The translations under genes were made by a program, and so were the position numbers. Below are positions 17,235 through 24,334 of a stretch of 25,804 nt of DNA, piece by piece. The stretch's first letter is position 1. Each line of letters opens with the position of its first letter. Source of the stretch: an uncultured Actinomycetes bacterium (GTDB lineage Bacteria > Actinomycetota > Actinomycetes > Nanopelagicales > Nanopelagicaceae). The notes beneath the pieces were generated by a model. That model ran no database searches, was not told where the DNA came from, and was given only the letters and a program-made list of their open reading frames with translations. The stretch is taken from the NCBI GenBank assembly GCA_903932695.1, contig CAIZGZ010000103.1, positions 1-25,804 of the forward strand, in the 5' to 3' direction.

Positions 17235-17243
17235 TGCTAATTT
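17235..17243 (+). promoter_or_regulatory. putative extended -10 promoter (TGcTAATTT) for the riboswitch-btu transcript
   Basis: TGn-TANNNT lies about 7 nt before the first riboswitch hairpin at about 17250. Confidence 0.5.
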
Positions 17244-17249
17244 TCGGTC

Positions 17250-17397
17250 AGCGCCGCGTCACACCGGTGCGAGTATCAAATGGAGCGAAGTTGGTGAGAA
17301 TCCAACACTGTCCCGCAACTGTAAGGAACTCCCACATTGGGGTTCTAAGTCAGGTCGCCTCTTTTGGTACTGAAGTATCCGACCTCGGAGGAAGGTT
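17250..17397 (+). ncRNA. cobalamin riboswitch (short, class II-like)
   Basis: Core GAAGTTGGTGAGAATCCAACACTGTCCCGCAACTGTAA (P4 T-loop and L5), short P6 hairpin 17326-17345, AAGTCAGG junction, P3 pairing GAGCGA/TCGCCTC, and P13 hairpin ACCT-CGGAGGA-AGGT; upstream of a BtuF-like gene. Confidence 0.92.
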
Positions 17398-17445
17398 GGG
17401 CCTTATGATCGTTACCAAGTGGCGATTTGAAAGTCCAAACAATTC

Positions 17446-17472
17446 CTCCCTCGACTCTTGAGGGAGTTTTTT
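17446..17472 (+). terminator. terminator / SD-sequestering hairpin of the btu leader
   Basis: CTCCCTC (17446-17452) pairs with GAGGGAG (17460-17466) and is followed by T6. The 3' arm is also the btuF SD, 6 nt before ATG 17473. Confidence 0.7.
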
Positions 17473-18351
17473 ATGACCGCAATACATAGTTCGAAGATTC
17501 GAAGCGGTGTACTCACTGCGCTCGTCACAATCACAGCGGCCGTTACTGCTACTGGCGTGATTACGGCAACGGAGGCACAAGCAGCTCTCCCAGCTCGCAT
17601 CATCTCGCTTTCACCTAGCGCTACTGAGATTCTCTATGGCATTGGTGCTGGCTCGCAGGTGATTGCAGTCGATGACAACTCGGATTTCCCGGCCAATGCG
17701 CCGCACACCAAGCTCAGCTCTTTCTCGCCAAACGTCGAGGCAATCGCTGCGCTTCATCCAGATCTGGTCGTCTTGCAGAGTACCGCTACTAAAGCCACGG
17801 CAGTTGCTGCCGGTCTCAAGAAATTGAAGATCAACGTCTATATCGAGACGACACCAACTACGATCGATCAGGCCTATGCCGAGTACACCCAATTGGCAGC
17901 GTTGACCGGACACTCTTCACATGCTCGTGTGCTGATAGCCACGATGAAGTCGAAGATCTCCTCAATTGTGATGCGAGCCAAAAAGAGCAGCTCGATCAGT
18001 ATCTTTCACGAGATCGATCACACCCTGTATTCGGCAACGTCATCAACCTTTATTGGTCACGTCTACAAAGATTTTGGTCTGACAAATATTGCGGATGCGG
18101 CCAACAATGGCGACTACCCACAATTGACCTCTGAGTACATCGTCGCAACAAATCCAAGCGTGATCTTCCTCGATGACTCCAGTGATGGACAGAGCCCAAC
18201 GACCGTAGCCGCACGTCCAGGCTGGAGCACGCTCTCGGCCGTCACGAATAAGCGAGTCGTTGTTCTCCCGCTCGATATCGCTGATCGTTGGGGACCACGC
18301 TTGGTAGATCTCTACACCTTCATTGCTAACTCACTCACAAACATCAAGTAA
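17473..18351 (+). CDS. btuF: cobalamin ABC transporter substrate-binding protein (292 aa)
   Basis: RIISLSPSATEILYGIG, PNVEAIAALHPDLV, RWGPRL; signal peptide ending AQA; downstream of a cobalamin riboswitch. Confidence 0.88.
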   Translation: MTAIHSSKIRSGVLTALVTITAAVTATGVITATEAQAALPARIISLSPSATEILYGIGAGSQVIAVDDNSDFPANAPHTKLSSFSPNVEAIAALHPDLVVLQSTATKATAVAAGLKKLKINVYIETTPTTIDQAYAEYTQLAALTGHSSHARVLIATMKSKISSIVMRAKKSSSISIFHEIDHTLYSATSSTFIGHVYKDFGLTNIADAANNGDYPQLTSEYIVATNPSVIFLDDSSDGQSPTTVAARPGWSTLSAVTNKRVVVLPLDIADRWGPRLVDLYTFIANSLTNIK

Positions 18352-18357
18352 TCGCTC

Positions 18358-19386
18358 ATGACTCAGGCAGAGAGCACAACTATTGCTCGCATTTGGAATT
18401 GGCGTATCACTGCGCTCTCTGCCGTCGTGCTCTTTCTCATCGCGATTGCTGCGGTAGCGATTGGACCTATCCATATTGGCTTTCTCGAGGTCTGTAAAAC
18501 CCTGCTTGGTGCGCCAGGCGGAGCACACGGGCAATCACGCATCGTCATCATGCAACTACGGTTACCGAGAGTGATTCTTGCGGCCTTAGTTGGTAGCGCG
18601 CTTGCCACAAGTGGCGCCGTCTATCAAACCGTCTTTCACAATCCACTAGCTGATCCATATCTTTTGGGAGCGGCGAGTGGCGCAGGGCTTGGTGCAACAA
18701 TCGCACTCACCAGTACCCACCAAAATATGGCTGCGCTCTTGCCGATCTTCGCCTTTCTCGGTGGAGTTCTTGCGGTGCTTACCTCGTTCTTCGTTTCAGG
18801 TAAATTTTTTGCAGAACCAAATACGCTTCTACTTTCAGGAATCGCAGTTGGTTCATTCGCAACCGCAATCCAGACCTACCTCCAACAGCGCAACAGTGCC
18901 GCCCTACGTCCGGTCTACTCCTGGATCTTGGGTGATCTCACATCTGCGTCATGGAGCGTCGTTGGTTGGTCTTCGGTCTACATCGCAATCGCTTTACTCG
19001 TGCTCTTCAGCGTTGCTAAACAACTCGATGGGTTGATGCTCAGCGATGAAGAGGCTTTCTCGTTAGGCATTAATCCCAATCGATTACGGTTAATAGCGGT
19101 CGCTGCCGCAACCCTCGCTACCGCCACAGCAGTCTCCGCATCAGGCTTGATCGGCTTTGTCGGAATAGTCGTACCTCATTTAGTGCGAGGTATTACGCGC
19201 CGCGTCACCAATCGTTCACTCGTCGCGATAGCAATGATTGGCGCCGCGTTTCTTGTACTTGCAGATCTAGGTGCTCGAACGCTGCTCTCCCCCGCAGAAC
19301 TCCCCATCGGTGTTATTACCGCCTTTGTTGGCGCACCATTTTTCCTCGTGGTTCTTCGCAACCGCAGAAAGTTAGGCAGCTCATGA
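18358..19386 (+). CDS. btuC: FecCD/BtuC-family ABC permease
   Basis: LRLPRVILAALVG, FHNPLADPYLLG, GLIGFVGIVVPH, ELPIGVITAFVGAPFF. Confidence 0.9.
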   Translation: MTQAESTTIARIWNWRITALSAVVLFLIAIAAVAIGPIHIGFLEVCKTLLGAPGGAHGQSRIVIMQLRLPRVILAALVGSALATSGAVYQTVFHNPLADPYLLGAASGAGLGATIALTSTHQNMAALLPIFAFLGGVLAVLTSFFVSGKFFAEPNTLLLSGIAVGSFATAIQTYLQQRNSAALRPVYSWILGDLTSASWSVVGWSSVYIAIALLVLFSVAKQLDGLMLSDEEAFSLGINPNRLRLIAVAAATLATATAVSASGLIGFVGIVVPHLVRGITRRVTNRSLVAIAMIGAAFLVLADLGARTLLSPAELPIGVITAFVGAPFFLVVLRNRRKLGSS

Positions 19387-20156
19387 TGACTACCGGCGCG
19401 ATCACGATCACCGACCTCACCGTTCGTTATGGGGATTCGACCATCCTTGATGATCTCAGCGCCCAGATTCCCCATGGACAATGGACCTGCCTCGTAGGCC
19501 CGAACGGAGCCGGCAAGACCACTCTTCTTAAAGCCTTACTTGGAATCACTCCCTATGTCGGTTCGATTCAAGATCGAGGCAGTGAGGTCTTTAACAACCA
19601 TCGCAGAAATATCGCATTCGTTCCTCAATCACCCGCCATCCCGCAGGGAATGACGGTGAGTGAATATGTCGCCCTTGGTCGTTCAAAGCGCGATGGCTGG
19701 GGAAACGAGAGTAAAAGATCTCGCGCCATCATTGAGGAGATTTTGATCCAGACCTCACTCTTTGGAATGCAGCGCAATTTCATCTCTCAACTTTCGGGTG
19801 GTGAGATGCAACGAGCTCTCATTGCCCGCGCTCTTGCCCAAGAGCCTGATGTGATTTTGCTCGATGAACCAACCAGCGCGTTAGACCTGCACCATCAAAT
19901 CTCGGTTCTCAATAATATTGAGTTGCTCAAGGCACGCGGTGTAACAATCATTTCGACGATGCACGATATTACGCTGGCCGCAATGTATGCCCAGAACATC
20001 GTGGTGATGCAGAAGGGCAAGATCTTGCTCGCTGGTGACTCTGGTTCTGTGATTCACTCAGCTGAACTGAAGCGTGCCTTCGATAATCGAATCGATGTCT
20101 TTACGTTGGATTCTGGCCGACCAGTGATTGTTGCTACGAAAGAAGATAACTCTTAA
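19383..20156 (+). CDS. btuD: ABC transporter ATP-binding protein (BtuD/FepC-like)
   Basis: GPNGAGKT, LSGGE, LLDEPT, STMHD; ATGA overlap with the permease. Confidence 0.9.
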   Translation: MMTTGAITITDLTVRYGDSTILDDLSAQIPHGQWTCLVGPNGAGKTTLLKALLGITPYVGSIQDRGSEVFNNHRRNIAFVPQSPAIPQGMTVSEYVALGRSKRDGWGNESKRSRAIIEEILIQTSLFGMQRNFISQLSGGEMQRALIARALAQEPDVILLDEPTSALDLHHQISVLNNIELLKARGVTIISTMHDITLAAMYAQNIVVMQKGKILLAGDSGSVIHSAELKRAFDNRIDVFTLDSGRPVIVATKEDNS

Positions 20157-21274
20157 CGCACGTGCGAGGGTACGAATGGGACTTTGGTGACTTCGACTTC
20201 GCAAATTCGACCGCGAATATCGATCGAGAGCTTTGCGCCATAACTGATCTCAGGTGAGATAAGCGCCAACCCGATACCAACTTTCAGGGTCGGTGAGAAT
20301 GTTCCACTCGTCACAACCCCAACTACAGCGCCAGAGCTATTGAGCAGGCTCATCTCTGCGCGGGGAATTCCGCGATCGAGAGCTTTGATGCCTCGCGAGA
20401 TACGAGTGACGCCACTGCTTTTTTCCTTCATCAGGGCTTGGAATCCATGCATATGCCCTTTGGCGAGGGCTACCGCCCAGCCGGCGTTGGCTTGAAGAGG
20501 TGAGATTGAGAGCGAGAGCTCGTGTCCGTGCAATGGGTAACCCATCTCGGTTCGCAACGTATCGCGCGATCCAAGGCCACAGACTTGGCCGCCAAGTGAC
20601 GCTACGGCTGACACCAATTTATTCCAGAGTGGAAGCGCCTCGTTCCAAAGAGGGATCAGTTCATAGCCATACTCACCTGTGTAGCCCGTTCGGCAGATAA
20701 TCATTGAGTCGACTTCAGTGAAGGACATATAGTCAAGGTCGACCTTGATCCCAATTGCTGCAAGAAGTTCATCGCTCTTTGGGCCTTGGATTGCAAGCAC
20801 GCCATACTTCTTATGGTCATTCGTGATCGTGAGCCCTAGATCGTTCGCTGCTACCAATACTTGGAAGACCGATTCACAATTTGCCGCATTGGGGATGATG
20901 AAAAATTTCTCGTCGTCATAGCGATAGACGATCAAGTCATCGATCACACCACCGTCTTGCGTACACAAGAGGTTGTACTGAGCGCTGCCATGACCGATGC
21001 GATTGAGATCATTGGTAAAGATCTTGTTTAAGAAAGCTAAGGCTCCGATTCCATGCACCGAAATCTTTCCCAAATGAGAGACATCGAATATTCCCACTGA
21101 AGATCGAACCGCTTGATGTTCATTTAATACTCCACCAGCGGCGATCTCACCCTGATCGCCAATCGCTTTGGGGTATTCGATTGGCATCTGCCAGCCACCA
21201 AAATCGGCTAACTTGGCGCCGGCCGCTATGTGCCATGCGTAGAGCGGAGATTCGAGCGCGCCTGAATTTTCCAT
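20153..21274 (-). CDS. gcvT: glycine cleavage system aminomethyltransferase T
   Basis: FGGWQMPIEY, IFDVSHLG, GGVIDDLIVY, RTGYTGE.GYE, GSRDTLRTEMGYPLHG, GVVTSGTFSP. Confidence 0.97.
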   Translation of the reverse strand: MENSGALESPLYAWHIAAGAKLADFGGWQMPIEYPKAIGDQGEIAAGGVLNEHQAVRSSVGIFDVSHLGKISVHGIGALAFLNKIFTNDLNRIGHGSAQYNLLCTQDGGVIDDLIVYRYDDEKFFIIPNAANCESVFQVLVAANDLGLTITNDHKKYGVLAIQGPKSDELLAAIGIKVDLDYMSFTEVDSMIICRTGYTGEYGYELIPLWNEALPLWNKLVSAVASLGGQVCGLGSRDTLRTEMGYPLHGHELSLSISPLQANAGWAVALAKGHMHGFQALMKEKSSGVTRISRGIKALDRGIPRAEMSLLNSSGAVVGVVTSGTFSPTLKVGIGLALISPEISYGAKLSIDIRGRICEVEVTKVPFVPSHVR

Positions 21275-21280
21275 AGCGCC

Positions 21281-21286
21281 AACTTA
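21281..21286 (-). promoter_or_regulatory. putative -10 hexamer (TAAGTT), leaderless gcvT
   Basis: TANNNT lies 6 nt before ATG 21274. Confidence 0.55.
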
Positions 21287-21329
21287 TCTCAACTTCACAA
21301 TTTCTCGCCGGAGGTGAGAGGATTGAGGA

Positions 21330-22826
21330 ATGGCAACCGTGAAATTAACTGAAAAGCAGAGCGCACCCCTTCTCGTAGTAGGTGTAGCTACCAAAGATTC
21401 CAAGCTTGTGATCGAGAGCAATATCGCTGCAATAGGCGGAAAGCTCGACACCAAGAGTCTGTTGGCAATCCTGGCTGACCTTGGCGCGAGTGCGAAGGCA
21501 GGAGTTGTCACGAAGGTGCCTTTTTCTGAGCCAAAGATGGTCTATGTCGTTGGCCTGGGCGATGCTCAAAAGAGTTATGACCATGAACTTCTTCGTCGCG
21601 CCGCTGGTAGCGCAACTCGAGCACTCGCGGGTGCCACTGCCGCAGACTTCGCGCTCCCTCATTCGTCGACCGCTGAACTTGCTGCAATCGCCGAAGGCAT
21701 CACGCTTGGCGCATACTCCTTCATCGAATTTCGTTTCTCTACAAAGGCCGAACAGAAGGCCCCACTCAAGAGTGCGGCGATCATCTCAACCCTCTCTTCA
21801 ACCGCACCGGCAAAGAGCGCACTCAAGCGCGCGGAAGTTATTGGAAAGTACACCGCTCTTACGCGCGATCTCATTAATACTCCGCCGAGCCACCTCACGC
21901 CAGCGTCATTTAGCGATCGCTTAAAGAAGGCGGCATCGGGAACTGGTCTTAAGGTTGAAATTCTCAATGAGACCCAACTTCGCGCTAAGGGTTACGGCGG
22001 AATCTCTTCTGTCGGGCAGGGCTCGGCCAACCCACCTCGCCTCTTACACATCTCGTACAACCCACCTAAAGCGAAGAAGCGCTATGCCTTTGTTGGTAAG
22101 GGAATCACCTTCGATTCAGGTGGCTACGCCCTCAAGCCGGCTGCGGGCATGGAAGATATGAAGACCGATATGAGTGGTGCCGCGGCGGTAAGCGCCGCAA
22201 TTATCGCGATCTCAGAGCTCAAGATTCCGGTAGCAATCGAGGCCTATGCCTGCCTTGCTGAAAATATGATCAGCGACCATGCAACACGACCAAGCGACGT
22301 CATCACCATCTACGGTGGTAAGACCGTTGAAGTTCTGAACCCAGATGCTGAGGGTCGCCTCGTTCTAGCCGATGGCCTGGTCCGCGCTGCCGAAGATGGC
22401 AAGAAGCTAGGACGACTCGATGGCATCATCGATGTTGCCACACTGACTGGAGCCCAAGTTGTGGCTCTTGGTACTCGCACCTCTGCCGTTATGACAAATG
22501 ATGCACTTCTTCAAGAAGATTTCCTCACTGCGGCCGAATTGGCTGGCGAGGCCTTCTGGCCCATGCCGCTACCGGAAGAGTTGCGCGCCTCCTTGGACTC
22601 ACCAATCGCCGATATCGCCAACATTGGCGATCGAATGGGCGGCATGTTGGTAGCTGGCATCTTCCTCAAGGAATTTATCGCCCCAGATCAGCCTTGGGTC
22701 CACCTTGATATCGCCGGGCCTGCCAATAACACCGCCGAAGCTCATGGATATACCCCGGTCGGAGGCACCGGCATCGCCCTTCGCTCATTGATCACAATGG
22801 CCGAACTGGCGGCAGCCCAGGCCTAG
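21330..22826 (+). CDS. pepA: leucyl aminopeptidase (M17)
   Basis: VGKGITFDSGG, MKTDMSGAA, NPDAEGRLVLAD, DVATLTGA, HLDIAG. Confidence 0.96.
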   Translation: MATVKLTEKQSAPLLVVGVATKDSKLVIESNIAAIGGKLDTKSLLAILADLGASAKAGVVTKVPFSEPKMVYVVGLGDAQKSYDHELLRRAAGSATRALAGATAADFALPHSSTAELAAIAEGITLGAYSFIEFRFSTKAEQKAPLKSAAIISTLSSTAPAKSALKRAEVIGKYTALTRDLINTPPSHLTPASFSDRLKKAASGTGLKVEILNETQLRAKGYGGISSVGQGSANPPRLLHISYNPPKAKKRYAFVGKGITFDSGGYALKPAAGMEDMKTDMSGAAAVSAAIIAISELKIPVAIEAYACLAENMISDHATRPSDVITIYGGKTVEVLNPDAEGRLVLADGLVRAAEDGKKLGRLDGIIDVATLTGAQVVALGTRTSAVMTNDALLQEDFLTAAELAGEAFWPMPLPEELRASLDSPIADIANIGDRMGGMLVAGIFLKEFIAPDQPWVHLDIAGPANNTAEAHGYTPVGGTGIALRSLITMAELAAAQA

Positions 22827-22838
22827 CCTGACTGATTT

Positions 22839-22892
22839 CGCCCTGCTCACCTACCCGCCAAATCGTGGCAGGATTACCCCGTGAGCGGGGCG
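22839..22892 (+). other. GC-rich stem-loop between pepA and lpdA
   Basis: CGCCCTGCTCAC (22839-22850) pairs with GTGAGCGGGGCG (22881-22892), 12 bp with one G-U, plus an inner imperfect helix; no U-tract. Confidence 0.55.
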
Positions 22893-22954
22893 CTAAGCCT
22901 CCTCAGTCTTGGCTTCGCATCTGCAGTTGAGTGAAGGATCGGAAAGGGAGATTT

Positions 22955-24322
22955 GTGAACGATTTCGATGTAGTAATCCTTGGTGGCGGTAGTGGCGGTT
23001 ATGCCTGTGCTCTACGAAGCGCACAACTCGGACTCTCAGTCGTTCTGATCGAGAAAGATAAACTCGGTGGCACCTGTCTCCATCGCGGTTGCATCCCAAC
23101 AAAGGCGCTACTCCATGCCGGTGAGATCGCCGAGAACACAAAGCATGCTGCGGAATTCGGCGTCAACGCACAATTCCTTTCGATGGATATGTTGGCCGTG
23201 AATGCTTACAAAGATGGCGTGATTGCAAAGTTGTACAAGGGCCTTCAAGGTCTCGTGAAGTCTCGCAATATCACCTACGTCGAAGGCCACGGAAAGCTCG
23301 TCGCCAAGAACCAGGTCGAAGTTAACGGAACTATCTACACAGGAAAGAATGTCGTTCTTGCGACCGGTTCATTCCCCCGCACCCTTCCTGGCCTAGAGAT
23401 TGATGGCAAGCAGATCGTCACAAGCGAAGAGGCGATGTCCTTCGACTTCGTTCCTAAGTCTGCGATCGTGCTCGGTGGCGGAGTTATCGGTTGTGAATTT
23501 GCGTCGGTCTGGAGTTCATTCGGTGCAGATGTCACTATCATCGAAGGTCTCCCTCGACTGGTCGCTCTCGAAGATGAATCTTCCAGCAAGCAGCTAGAGC
23601 GCGCCTTCCGTAAGCGCGGAATCAAATTTGAAACTGGAATTAAGTTCCAATCAGCGAGCAAGGGTCCAAATGGCGTTACCGTCACTTTAGAAAATGGCGC
23701 GACGCATACCGCCGAGGTCCTTCTTGTTGCAGTTGGACGCGGCCCAGTTACCTCGAATATTGGCTACGAAGAACAAGGTATTGCGATGGAGCGCGGCTAC
23801 ATCACTGTTGACAATAAATGTCGTACCAGCGTCCCAGGAGTATGGGCAGTAGGCGACATCATTCCAACGCTGCAATTAGCTCACGTCGGTTTTGCTGAAG
23901 GTATTTTGGTTGCGGAAGAGATCTCGGGTCTGAATCCTCGCCCAATCAATTACGACGGAGTTCCACGCGTTACCTACTCCGAGCCAGAAGTCGCTTCGGT
24001 TGGCCTCACCACTGCAACCGCAAAAGAGCGCGGTTACGATGTCGTGGAAACCACTTACGACTTAGCTGGAAACGGTAAGGCGCACATCCTCAAGACTTCT
24101 GGCTCGATCAAATTGGTCGCTGCCAAGAATGGTCCTGTCCTAGGAATCCACATGGTCGGTGCACGCGTCGGTGAACTTCTTGCAGAAGCACAATTAATTT
24201 ACAACTGGGAGGCAGAGGCGAGCGATGTTGCGCCTCTCATCCATGCGCACCCAACTCTCTCTGAGGCGATGGGCGAGGCACACATGGCACTTGCAGGCAA
24301 ACCACTTCACGCTCACGGGTAA
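22955..24322 (+). CDS. lpdA: dihydrolipoyl dehydrogenase (E3, 455 aa)
   Basis: GGGSGG, GGTCLHRGC redox disulfide, GGGVIG, HAHPTLSE. GTG 22955 after AAGGGAG is preferred over GTG 22931. Confidence 0.96.
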   Translation: MNDFDVVILGGGSGGYACALRSAQLGLSVVLIEKDKLGGTCLHRGCIPTKALLHAGEIAENTKHAAEFGVNAQFLSMDMLAVNAYKDGVIAKLYKGLQGLVKSRNITYVEGHGKLVAKNQVEVNGTIYTGKNVVLATGSFPRTLPGLEIDGKQIVTSEEAMSFDFVPKSAIVLGGGVIGCEFASVWSSFGADVTIIEGLPRLVALEDESSSKQLERAFRKRGIKFETGIKFQSASKGPNGVTVTLENGATHTAEVLLVAVGRGPVTSNIGYEEQGIAMERGYITVDNKCRTSVPGVWAVGDIIPTLQLAHVGFAEGILVAEEISGLNPRPINYDGVPRVTYSEPEVASVGLTTATAKERGYDVVETTYDLAGNGKAHILKTSGSIKLVAAKNGPVLGIHMVGARVGELLAEAQLIYNWEAEASDVAPLIHAHPTLSEAMGEAHMALAGKPLHAHG

Positions 24323-24334
24323 TAGGAGATCACA

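Noticed and set aside
17177-17461. 94-aa plus-strand ORF from the track
   Set aside because: It overlaps the AKR start/promoter and the whole riboswitch. Only the last 18-21 codons are considered as a uORF.
21130-21180. Roughly 10-aa insertion (KAIGDQGEIAA) near the GcvT N-terminus
   Set aside because: Probably a variable surface loop; catalytic and folate-binding motifs are intact.
21294-21300. TTCACAA, half of a Rex-like operator, in the gcvT-pepA spacer
   Set aside because: No matching TTGTGAA half-site at the proper spacing.
22338-22358. PepA NPDAEGR instead of NTDAEGR
   Set aside because: All metal ligands and the catalytic Lys/Arg are present; a single non-ligand substitution is not evidence of changed function.
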